From positions 20,730,101-20,794,100 of the forward strand of contig NC_092677.1 of the NCBI RefSeq assembly GCF_964355755.1: DNA of 64,000 nt, written 5' to 3'. The notes beneath the pieces were generated by a model. That model was given only the letters and a program-made list of their open reading frames with translations, made no database searches and was not told the origin of the DNA. Made by a program: the position numbers and the translations under genes. The DNA is from Antedon mediterranea. Lineage: Eukaryota; Animalia; Echinodermata. This document shows, piece by piece, positions 42,801 through 55,939 of this stretch. The first letter of the stretch is position 1. The number at the start of each line of letters is the position of its first letter.

Positions 42801-45800
42801 AATTGCACAAAATGGCTTAATATGATATGGGAAAACGTTTTAGACCATTTTGAACATTTCGTTAAAAGTTTTCACAAAAAAACATCAAAGTCCACAAAAT
42901 AGCTTAATATCGTATTTAAAAACGTTTTAGACCATTTTGAGCATTTCGAAAAAACTTTTTCACACAAAACATCAAAGTTTACAAAATAGCTTCAAATCGC
43001 ATTTGGAGACGTTTTAGACCATTTTGTGATTTTCGAAAAAACTTGTTAACATAAAAACACCAAAGTGCTCAGAATACCTTCAAATCGCATTTTGAGACGT
43101 TTTAGACCATTTTGTGATTTTCGAAAAAACTTGTTAACATAAAAACACCAAAGTGCTCAGAATACCTTCAAATCGTGTTTTGAGACGTTTTAGACCATTT
43201 TGTGATTTTGGAAAAACTAGTTAACATAAAAACACCAAAGTGCTCAGAATACCTTCAAATCGCATTTGGAGACGTTTTAGACCATTTTGTGATTTTCGAA
43301 AAAACTTGTTAACATAAAAACACCAAAGTGCTCAGAAAAGCTTCAAATCGCAATTGGAGACGTTTTAAACCATTTTGTTCATTTCGATGAAACTTGGTTA
43401 CACAAAAACATCAAATTGCACAAAATGGCTTAATATGGTATGGGAAAACGTTTTAGACCATTTTGAACATTTCGAGAAAACTTTTTCACACAAAACTTCA
43501 AAGTGTACAGAATAGCTTCAAATCGCATTAGAAACCGTTTTAGACCATTTTGAGCATTTCGAAAAAACTTTTTCACACAAAACATCAAAGTTTACAAAAT
43601 AGCTTCAAATCGCATTTGGAGACGTTTTAGACCATTTTGTGATTTTCGAAAAAACTTGTTAACATAAAAACACCAAAGTGCTCAGAATACCTTCAAATCG
43701 CATTTTGAGACGTTTTAGACCATTTTGTGATTTTCGAAAAAACTTGTTAACATAAAAATACCAAAGTGCTCAGAATACCTTCAAATCGTGTTTTGAGACG
43801 TTTTAGACCATTTTGTGATTTTCGAAAAAACCTGTTAACATAAAAACACCAAAGTGCTCAGAATACCTTCAAATCGCATTTGGAGACGTTTTAGACCATT
43901 TTGTGATTTTCGAAAAAACTTGTTAACATAAAAACACCAAAGTGCTCAGAATACCTTCAAATCGTGTTTTGAGACGTTTTAGACCATTTTGTGATTTTCG
44001 AAAAAACTTGTTAACATAAAAACACCAAAGTGCTCAGAATACCTTCAAATCGCATTTGGAGACGTTTTAGACCATTTTGTGATTTTCGTAAAAACTTGTT
44101 AACATAAAAACACCAAAGTGCTTAGAAAAGTTTCAAATCGCATTTGGAGACGTTTTAGACCATTTTGTTCATTTCGATGAAACTTGGTTACACAAAAACA
44201 TCAAATTGCACAAAATGGCTTAATATGGTATGGGAAAACGTTTTAGACCATTTTGAACATTTCGAGAAAACTTTTTCACACAAAACTTCAAAGTGTACAG
44301 AATAGCTTCAAATCGCATTAGAAACCGTTTTAGACCATTTTGAGCATTTCGAAAAAACTTTTTCACACAAAACATCAAAGTTTACAAAATAGCTTCAAAT
44401 CACATTTGGAGACGTTTTAGACCATTTTGTGATTTTCAAAAAAACTTGTTAACATAAAAACACCCAAGTGCTCAGAATACCTTCAAATCGCATTTTGAGA
44501 CGTTTTAGACCATTTTGTGATTTTCGGAAAAACTTGTTAACATAAAAACACCAAAGTGCTTAGAAAAGCTTCAAATCGCATTTGGAGACGTTTTAGACCA
44601 TTTTGTAATTTTCGAAAAAACTTGTTAACATAAAAACACCAAAGTGCTCAGAATACCTTCACATCGCATTTTGAGACGTTTTAGAGCATTTTGTGATTTT
44701 CGAAAAAACTTGTTAACATAAAAACACCAAAGTGCTTAGAAAAGCTTGAAATCGCATTTGGAGACGTTTTAGACCATTTTGTGCATTTCGATGAAACTTG
44801 GTTACACAAAAACATCAAAGTGCTTAAAATCACATTTTGAGCATTTCGTTAAAACTTTTCACACAAAAACATCAAAGAGTAAAAAATAGCTTAATATCGT
44901 ATTTAAAAACGTTTTAGACCATTTTGAGCATTTCGACAAAATTTTTTCACACAAAACATCAAAGTTTACAAAATAGCTTCAAATCGCATTTGGAGACGTT
45001 TTAGACCATTTTGTGATTTTCGAAAAAACTTGTTAACATAAAAACACCAAAGTACTCAGAATACCTTCAAATCGCATTTTGAGACGTTTTAGACCATTTT
45101 GTGATTTTCGAAAAAACAACATAAAAACACCAAAGTACTCAGAATACCTTCAAATCGCATTTGGAGACGTTTTAGACCATTTTGTGATTTTCGAAAAAAC
45201 TTGTTAACATAAAAACACCAAAGTGCTCAGAATACCTTCAAATCGTATTTTGAGACGTTTTAGACAATTTTGTGATTTTCGAAAAAACTTGTTAACATAA
45301 AAACACCAAAGTGCTTAGAAAATCTTCAAATCGCATTTGGAGACGTTTTAGACCATTTTGTGCATTTCGATGAAACTTGGTTACACAAAAACATCAAAGT
45401 GTACAGAATAGCTTCAAATCGCATTAGAAACCGTTTTAGACCATTTTAAGCATTTCGAAAAAACTTTTTCACACAAAACATCAAAGTGTACAAAATAGCT
45501 TCAAATCGCATTTGGAGACGTTTTAAACCATTTTGTTCATTTCGATGAAACTTGGTTACACAAAAACATCAAAGAGCACAAAAGTATTTAAAAACGTTTT
45601 AGACCATTTTGAGCATTCCGACAAAACTTTTTCACACAAAACATCAAAGTGTACAGAATAGCTTTAAATCGCATTTGGAGACGTTTTAGACCATTTTGTA
45701 GTTTTCGAAAAAACTTGTTAACATAAAAACACAAAAGAGCTTCAAATCGCATTTGGAGACGTTTTAGACCCTTTTGTGCATTTCGATGAAACTTGGTTAC

Positions 45801-46809
45801 ACAAAAACATCAAAGTGCTTAAAATCACATTAGAAACCGTTTTAGACCATTTTGAGCATTTCGTTAAAACTTTTCACACAAAAACATCAAAGTCCACAAA
45901 ATAGCTTAATATCGTTTTTAAAAACGTTTTAGACCATTTTGAGCATTTCGAAAAAACTTTTCCACACAAAACATCAAAGTTTACAAAATAGCTTCAAATC
46001 GCATTTGGAGACGTTTTAGACCATTTTGTGATTTTCGAAAAAACTTGTTAACATAAAAACACCAAAGTGCTCAGAATACCTTCAAATCGTATTTTGAGAC
46101 GTTTTCGACAATTTTGTGATTTTCGAAAAAACTTGTTAACATAAAAACACCAAAGTGCTTAGAAAAGCTTCAAATCGCATTTGGAGACGTTTTAGACCAT
46201 TTTGTGCATTTCGATGAAACTTGGTTACACAAAAACATCAAAGTGCTTAAAATCACATTTTGAGCATTTCGTTAAAACTTTTCACACAAAAACATCAAAG
46301 AGCAAAAAATAGCTTAATATCGTATTTAAAAACGTTTTAGACCATTTTGAGCATTTCGAAAAAACTTTTTCACACAAAACATCAAAGTTTACAAAATAGC
46401 TTCAAATCGCATTTGGAGACGTTTTAGACCATTTTGTGATTTTCGAAAAAACTTGTTAACATAAAAACACCAAAGTGCTCAGAAAAGCTTCAAATCGCAT
46501 TTGGAGACGTTTTAAACCATTTTGTTCATTTCGATGAAACTTGGTTACACAAAAACATCAAAGAGCACAAAAGTATTTAAAAACGTTTTAGACCATTTTG
46601 AGCATTCCGACAAAACTTTTTCACACAAAACATCAAAGTGTACAGAATAGCTTTAAATCGCATTTGGAGACGTTTTAACCCATTTTGAGCATTTCGATAA
46701 AATTTTACAAACAAAAACATCAAAGTGCACAAAATAGCTTAATATGGTATTTAAAAACGTTTTAGACCATTTTGAGCATTTCAACAAAACTTTTTCTCAC
46801 AAAACATCA

Positions 46810-49800
46810 AAGTGTACAGAATAGCTTCAAATCGCATTTGGAGACGTTTTAGACCATTTTGTGCATTTCGATGAAACTTGGTTACACAAAAACATCAAAG
46901 TGCTTAAAATCACATTTTGAGCATTTCGTTAAAACTTTTCACACAAAAACATCAAAGTCCACAAAATAGCTTAATATCGTATTTAAAAACGTTTTAGACC
47001 ATTTTGAGCATTTCGAAAAAACTTTTCCACACAAAACATCAAAGTTTACAAAATAGCTTCAAATCGCATTTGGAGACGTTTTAGACCATTTTGTGATTTT
47101 CGTAAAAACTTGTTAACATAAAAACACCAAAGTACTTAGAAAAGCTTCAAATCGCATTTGGAGACGTTTTAGACCATTTTGTGCATTTCGATGAAACTTG
47201 GTTACACAAAAACATCAAAGTGCTTAAAATCACATTTTGAACATTTCGTTAAAAGTTTTCACACAAAAACATCAAAGAGTAAAAAATAGCTTAATATCGT
47301 ATTTAAAAACGTTTTAGACCATTTTGAGCATTTCGAAAAAACTTTTCCACACAAAACATCAAAGTTTACAAAATAGCTTCAAATCGCATTTGGAGACGTT
47401 TTAGACCATTTTGTGATTTTCGAAAAAACTTGTTAACATAAAAACACCAAAGTGCTCAGAATACCTTCAAATCGCATTTGGAGACGTTTTAGACCATTTT
47501 GTGATTTTCGAAAAAACTTGTTAACATAAAAACACCAAAGTGCTCAGAAAAGCTTCAAATCGCATTTGGAGACGTTTTAAACCATTTTGTTCATTTCGAT
47601 GAAACTTGGTTACACAAAAACATCAAAGAGCACAAAAGTATTTAAAAACGTTTTAGACCATTTTGAGCATTCCGACAAAACTTTTTCACACAAAACTTCA
47701 AAGTGTACAGAATAGCTTTAAATCGCATTTGGAGACGTTTTAGACCATTTTGTAGTTTTCGAAAAAACTTGTTAACATAAAAACACAAAAGAGCTTCAAA
47801 TCGCATTTGGAGACGTTTTAGACCCTTTTGTGCATTTCGATGAAACTTGGTTACACAAAAACATCAAAGTGCTTAAAATCACATTAGAAACCGTTTTAGA
47901 CCATTTTGAGCATTTCGTTAAAACTTTTCACACAAAAACATCAAAGTCCACAAAATAGCTTAATATCGTATTTAAAAACGTTTTAGACAATTTTGAGCAT
48001 TTCGAAAAAACTTTTTCACACAAAACATCAAAGTTTACAAAATAGCTTCAAATCGCATTTGGAGACGTTTTAGACCATTTTGTGATTTTCGAAAAAACTT
48101 GTTAACATAAAAACACCAAAGTGCTCAGAATACCTTCAAATCGCATTTTGAGACGTTTTAGACCATTTTGTTCATTTCGATGAAACAAAAACACAAAAAT
48201 ATCAAATTGCACAAAATGGCTTAATATGATATGGGAAAACGTTTTAGACCATTTTGAACATTTCGTTAAAAGTTTTCACACAAAAACATCAAAGTCCACA
48301 AAATAGCTTAATATCGTATTTAAAAACGTTTTAGACCATTTTGAGCATTTCGAAAAAACTTTTCCACACAAAACATCAAAGTTTACAAAAGAGCTTCAAA
48401 TCGCATTTGGAGACGTTTTAGACCATTTTGTGATTTTCGAAAAAACTTGTTAACATAAAAACACAAAAGTGTACAGAATAGCTTCAAATCGCATTTGGAG
48501 ACGTTTTAGACCATTTTGTGCATTTCGATGAAACTTGGTTACACAAAAACATCAAAGTGCTTAAAATCACATTTTGAGCATTTCGTTAAAACTTTTCACA
48601 CCAAAACATCAAAGTCCACAAAATAGCTTAATATCGTATTTAAAAACGTTTTAGACCATTTTGAGCATTTCGAAAAAACTTTTCCACACAAAACATCAAA
48701 GTTTACAAAATAGCTTCAAATCGCATTTGGAGACGTTTTAGACCATTTTGTGATTTTCGTAAAAACTTGTTAACATAAAAAAACCAAAGTGCTTAGAAAA
48801 GCTTCAAATCGCATTTGGAGACGTTTTAGACCATTTTGTGCATTTCGATGAAACTTGGTTACACAAAAACATCAAAGTGCTTAAAATCACATTTTGAACA
48901 TTTCGTTAAAAGTTTTCACACAAAAACATCAAAGAGTAAAAAATAGCTTAATATCGTATTTAAAAACGTTTTAGACCATTTTGAGCATTTCGAAAAAACT
49001 TTTCCACACAAAACATCAAAGTTTACAAAATAGCTTCAAATCGCATTTGGAGACATTTTAGACCATTTTGTGATTTTCGAAAAAACTTGTTAACATAAAA
49101 ACACCAAAGTGCTCAGAATACCTTCAAATCGCATTTAGAGACGTTTTAGACCATTTTGTGATTTTCGAAAAAACTTGTTAACATAAAAACACCAAAGTGC
49201 TCAGAAAAGCTTCAAATCGCATTTGGAGACGTTTTAAACCATTTTGTTCATTTCGATGAAACTTGGTTACACAAAAACATCAAAGAGCACAAAAGTATTT
49301 AAAAACGTTTTAGACCATTTTGAGCATTCCGACAAAACTTTTTCACACAAAACTTCAAAGTGTACAGAATAGCTTTAAATCGCATTTGGAGACGTTTTAG
49401 ACCATTTTGTAGTTTTCGAAAAAACTTGTTAACATAAAAACACAAAAGAGCTTCAAATCGCATTTGGAGACGTTTTAGACCCTTTTGTGCATTTCGATGA
49501 AACTTGGTTACACAAAAACATCAAAGTGCTTAAAATCACATTAGAAACCGTTTTAGACCATTTTGAGCATTTCGTTAAAACTTTTCACACAAAAACATCA
49601 AAGTCCTCAAAATAGCTTAATATCGTATTTAAAAACGTTTTAGACAATTTTGAGCATTTCGAAAAAACTTTTTCACACAAAACATCAAAGTTTACAAAAT
49701 AGCTTCAAATCGCATTTGGAGACGTTTTAGACCATTTTGTGATTTTCGAAAAAACTTGTTAACATAAAAACACCAAAGTGCTCAGAATACCTTCAAATCG

Positions 49801-50127
49801 CATTTTGAGACGTTTTAGACCATTTTGTTCATTTCGATGAAACAAAAACACAAAAACATCAAATATCACAAAATGGCTTAATATGATATGGGAAAACGTT
49901 TTAGACCATTTTGAACATTTCGTTAAAAGTTTTCACACAAAAACATCAAAGTCCACAAAATAGCTTAATATCGTATTTAAAAACGTTTTAGACCATTTTG
50001 AGCATTTCGAAAAAACTTTTCCACACAAAACATCAAAGTTTACAAAAGAGCTTCAAATCGCATTTGGAGACGTTTTAGACCATTTTGTGATTTTCGAAAA
50101 AACTTGTTAACATAAAAACACAAAAGT
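46810..50127 (+). repeat. Tandem duplication, period 1657 bp
   Basis: TTCGTAAAAAC (47101/48758), CAAAACTTCAAAG (47691/49348) and ACAAAAGAGCTTC (48391/50048) all lie at offset 1657. Confidence 0.88.
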
Positions 50128-51429
50128 GCTCAGAATACCTTCAAATCGCATTTGGAGACGTTTTAGACCATTTTGTGATTTTCGAAAAAACTTGTTTACA
50201 TAAAAACACGAAAGTGCTAAGAATAGCTTCCAATCGCATTTGGAGACGTTTTAGACCCTTTTGTGCATTTCGATGAAACTTGGTTACACAAAAACATCAA
50301 AGTGCTTAAAATCACATTAGAAACCGTTTTAGACCATTTTGAGCATTTCGTTAAAATTTTTCACAGAAAAACATCAAAGAGCAAAAAATAGCTTAATATC
50401 GTATTTAAAAACGTTTTAGACCATTTTGAGCATTTCGACAAAACTTTTTCACACAAAATATCAAAGTGTACAGAATAGCTTCAAATCGCATTTTGAGACG
50501 TTTTAACCCATTTTGAGCATTTCGATAAAATTTTACACACAAAAACATCAAAGTGCACAAAATAGCTTAATATGGTATTTAAAAACGTTTTAGACCATTT
50601 TGAGCAATTCAACAAAACTTTTTCTCACAAAACATCAAAGTGTACAGAATAGCTTCAAATCGCATTTGGAGACGTTTTAGACCATTTTGTGCATTTCGAT
50701 GAAACTTGGTTACACAAAAACATCAAAGTGCTTAAAATCACATTTTGAGCATTTCGTTAAAACTTTTCACACAAAAACATCAAAGTCCACAAAATAGCTT
50801 AATATCGTATTTAAAAACGTTTTAGACCATTTTGAGCATTTCGAAAAAACTTTTCCACACAAAACATCAAAGTTTACAAAATAGCTTCAAATCGCATTTG
50901 GAGACGTTTTAGACCATTTTGTGATTTTCGAAAAAACTTGTTAACATAAAAACACCAAAGTGCTCAGAATACCTTCAAATCGCATTTGGAGACGTTTTAG
51001 ACCCTTTTGTGCATTTCGATGAAACTTGGTTACACAAAAACATCAAAGTGCTTAAAATCACATTAGAAACCGTTTTAGACCATTTTGAGCATTTCGTTAA
51101 AATTTGTCACAGAAAAACATCAAAGAGCAAAAAATATCTTAATATCGTATTTAAAAACGTTTTAGACCATTTTGAGCATTTCGACAAAACTTTTTCACAC
51201 AAAACATCAAAGTGTACAAAATAGCTTCAAATCGCATTTGGAGACGTTTTAACCCATTTTGAGCATTTCGATAAAATTTTACACACAAAAACATCAAAGT
51301 GCACAAAATAGCTTAATATGGTATTTAAAAACGTTTTAGACCATTTTGAGCATTTCAACAAAACTTTTTCTCACAAAACATCAAAGTGTACAGAATAGCT
51401 TCAAATCGCATTTGGAGACGTTTTAGACT

Positions 51430-54400
51430 TTTTTGTGCATTTCGATGAAACTTGGTTACACAAAAACATCAAAGTGCTTAAAATCACATTTTGAGCATTT
51501 CGTTAAAACTTTTCACACAAAAACATCAAAGTCCACAAAATAGCTTAATATCGTATTTAAAAACGTTTTAGACCATTTTGAGCATTTCGAAAAAACTTTT
51601 CCACACAAAACATCAAAGTTTACAAAATAGCTTCAAATCGCATTTGGAGACGTTTTAGACCATTTTGTGATTTTCGAAAAAACTTGATAACATAAAAACA
51701 CCAAAGTTCTCAGAATACCTTCAAATCGTGTTTTGAGACGTTTTAGACCATTTTGTAATTTTCGAAAAAACTTGTTAACATAAAAACACCAAAGTGCTCA
51801 GAATACCTTCACATCGCATTTTGAGACGTTTTAGACCATTTTGTGATTTTCGAAAACACTTGTTAACATAAAAACACCAAAGTGCTTAGAAAAGCTTGAA
51901 ATCGCATTTGGAGACGTTTTAGACCATTTTGTGCATTTCGATGAAACTTGGTTACACAAAAACATCAAAGTGCTTAAAATCACATTTTGAGCATTTCGTT
52001 AAAACTTTTCACACAAAAACATCAAAGAGTAAAAAATAGCTTAATATCGTATTTAAAAACGTTTTAGACCATTTTGAGCATTTCGACAAAAATTTTTCAC
52101 ACAAAACATCAAAGTGTACAGAATAGCTTTAAATCGCATTTGGAGACGTTTTAGACCATTTTGTTCATTTCGATGAAACAAAAACACAAAAACATCAAAT
52201 TGCACAAAATGGCTTAATATGATATGGGAAAACGTTTTAGACCATTTTGAACATTTCGTTAAAAGTTTTCACACAAAAACATCAAAGTCCACAAAATAGC
52301 TTAATATCGTATTTAAAAACGTTTTAGACCATTTTGAGCATTTCGAAAAAACTTTTTCACACAAAACATCAAAGTTTACAAAATAGCTTCAAATCGCATT
52401 TGGAGACGTTATAGACCATTTTGTGATTTTCGAAAAAACTTGTTAACATAAAAACACCAAAGTGCTCAGAATACCTTCAAATCGCATTTTGAGACGTTTT
52501 AGACCATTTTGTGATTTTCGAAAAAACTTGTTAACATAAAAACACCAAAGTGCTCAGAATACCTTCAAATCGTGTTTTGAGACGTTTTAGACCATTTTGT
52601 GATTTTCGAAAAAACTTAACATAAAAACACCAAAGTGCTCAGAATACCTTCAAATCGCATTTGGAGACGTTTTAGACCATTTTGTGATTTTCGAAAAAAC
52701 TTGTTAACATAAAAACACCAAAGTGCTCAGAATACCTTCAAATCGTATTTTGAGACGTTTTAGACAATTTTGTGATTTTCGAAAAAACTTGTTAACATAA
52801 AAACACCAAAGTGCTTAGAAAAGCTTCAAATCGCATTTGGAGACGTTTTAGACCATTTTGTGCATTTCGATGAAACTTGGTTACACAAAAACATCAAAGT
52901 GTACAGAATAGCTTCAAATCGCATTAGAAACCGTTTTAGACCATTTTGAGCATTTCGAAAAAACTTTTTCACACAAAACATCAAAGTGTACAAAATAGCT
53001 TCAAATCGCATTTGGAGACGTTTTAGACAATTTTGTGATTTTCGAAAAAACTTGTTTACATAAAAACACCAAAGTGCTAAGAATAGCTTCCAATCGCATT
53101 TGGAGACGTTTTAGACCCTTTTGTGCATTTCGATGAAACTTGGTTACACAAAAACATCAAAGTGCTTAAAATCACAGTAGAAACCGTTTTAGACCATTTT
53201 GAGCATTTCGTTAAAATTTTTCACAGAAAAACATCAAAGAGCAAAAAATAGCTTAATATCGTATTTAAAAACGTTTTAGACCATTTTGTGATTTTCGTAA
53301 AAACTTGTTAACATAAAAACACCAAAGTGCTTAGAAAAGTTTCAAATCGCATTTGGAGACGTTTTAGACCATTTTGTGCATTTCGATGAAACTTGGTTAC
53401 ACAAAAACATCAAAGTGCTTAAAATCACATTTTGAGCATTTCGTTAAAACTTTTCACACAAAAACATCAAAGTCCACAAAATAGCTTAATATCGTATTTA
53501 AAAACGTTTTAGACCATTTTGAGCATTTCGAAAAAACTTTTCCACACAAAACATCAAAGTTTACAAAATAGCTTCAAATCGCATTTGGAGACGTTTTAGA
53601 CCATTTTGTGATTTTCGAAAAAACTTGATAACATAAAAACACCAAAGTGCTCAGAATACCTTCAAATCGTGTTTTGAGACGTTTTAGACCATTTTGTAAT
53701 TTTCGAAAAAACTTGTTAACATAAAAACACCAAAGTGCTCAGAATACCTTCACATCGCATTTTGAGACGTTTTAGAGCATTTTGTGATTTTCGAAAAAAC
53801 TTGTTAACATAAAAACACCAAAGTGCTTAGAAAAGCTTGAAATCGCATTTGGAGACGTTTTAGACCATTTTGTGAATTTCGATGAAACTTGGTTACACAA
53901 AAACATCAAAGTGCTTAAAATCACATTTTGAGCATTTCGTTAAAACTTTTCACACAAAAACATCAAAGAGTAAAAAATAGCTTAATATCGTATTTAAAAA
54001 CGTTTTAGACCATTTTGAGCATTTCGACAAAATTTTTTCACACAAAACATCAAAGTGTACAGAATAGCTTTAAATCGCATTTGGAGACGTTTTAGACCAT
54101 TTTGTTCATTTCGATGAAACAAAAACACAAAAACATCAAATTGCACAAAATGGCTTAATATGATATGGGAAAACGTTTTAGACCATTTTGAACATTTCGT
54201 TAAAAGTTTTCACACAAAAACATCAAAGTCCACAAAATAGCTTAATATCGTATTTAAAAACGTTTTAGACCATTTTGAGCATTTCGAAAAAACTTTTTCA
54301 CACAAAACATCAAAGTTTACAAAATAGCTTCAAATCGCATTTGGAGACGTTATAGACCATTTTGTGATTTTCGAAAAAACTTGTTAACATAAAAACACCA

Positions 54401-55226
54401 AAGTGCTCAGAATACCTTCAAATCGCATTTTGAGACGTTTTAGACCATTTTGTGATTTTCGAAAAAACTTGTTAACATAAAAACACCAAAGTGCTCAGAA
54501 TACCTTCAAATCGTGTTTTGAGACGTTTTAGACCATTTTGTGATTTTCGAAAAAACTTAACATAAAAACACCAAAGTGCTCAGAATACCTTCAAATCGCA
54601 TTTGGAGACGTTTTAGACCATTTTGTGATTTTCGAAAAAACTTGTTAACATAAAAACACCAAAGTGCTCAGAATACCTTCAAATCGTATTTTGAGACGTT
54701 TTAGACAATTTTGTGATTTTCGAAAAAACTTGTTAACATAAAAACACCAAAGTGCTTAGAAAAGCTTCAAATCGCATTTGGAGACGTTTTAGACCATTTT
54801 GTGCATTTCGATGAAACTTGGTTACACAAAAACATCAAAGTGTACAGAATAGCTTCAAATCGCATTAGAAACCGTTTTAGACCATTTTGAGCATTTCGAA
54901 AAAACTTTTTCACACAAAACATCAAAGTGTACAAAATAGCTTCAAATCGCATTTGGAGACGTTTTAGACAATTTTGTGATTTTCGAAAAAACTTGTTTAC
55001 ATAAAAACACCAAAGTGCTAAGAATAGCTTCCAATCGCATTTGGAGACGTTTTAGACCCTTTTGTGCATTTCGATGAAACTTGGTTACACAAAAACATCA
55101 AAGTGCTTAAAATCACAGTAGAAACCGTTTTAGACCATTTTGAGCATTTCGTAAAAATTTTTCACAGAAAAACATCAAAGAGCAAAAAATAGCTTAATAT
55201 CGTATTTAAAAACGTTTTAGACCATT
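51430..55226 (+). repeat. Adjacent homologous blocks, period 1941 bp
   Basis: TTGATAAC at 51684 and 53625, the 3-bp deletion AAAACTTAAC at ~52615 and ~54556, and identical ORFs at 52826 and 54767. Confidence 0.8.
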
Positions 55227-55939
55227 TTGAGCATTTCGACAAAACTTTTTCACACAAAACATCAAAGTGTACAGATAAGCTTCAAATCGCATTTGGAGAC
55301 GTTTTAAACCATTTTGAGCATTTCGATAAAATTTTACACACAAAAACATCAAAGTGCACAAAATAGCTTAATATGGTATTTAAAAACGTTTTAGACCATT
55401 TTGAGCATTTCGAAAAAACTTTTCCACACAAAACATCAAAGTTTACAAAATAGCTTCAAATCGCATTTGGAGACGTTTTAGAACATTTTGTGATTTTCGA
55501 AAAAACTTGTTAACATAAAAACACCAAAGTGCTCAGAATACCTTCAAATCGTGTTTTGAGACGTTTTAGACCATTTTGTAATTTTCGAAAAAACTTGTTA
55601 ACATAAAAACACCAAAGTGCTCAGAATACCTTCACATCGCATTTTTAGACGTTTTAGACCATTTTGTGATTTTCGAAAAAACTTGTTAACATAAAAACAC
55701 CAAAGTGCTTAGAAAAGCTTGGAATCGCATTTGGAGACGTTTTAGACCATTTTGAGCATTTCGATGAAACTTGGTTACACAAAAACATCAAAGTGCTTAA
55801 AATCACATTTTGAGCATTTCGTTAAAACTTTTCACACAAAAACATCAAAGAGTAAAAAATAGCTTAATATCGTATTTAAAAACGTTTTAGACCATTTTGA
55901 GCATTTCGACAAAATTTTTTCACACAAAACATCAAAGTG

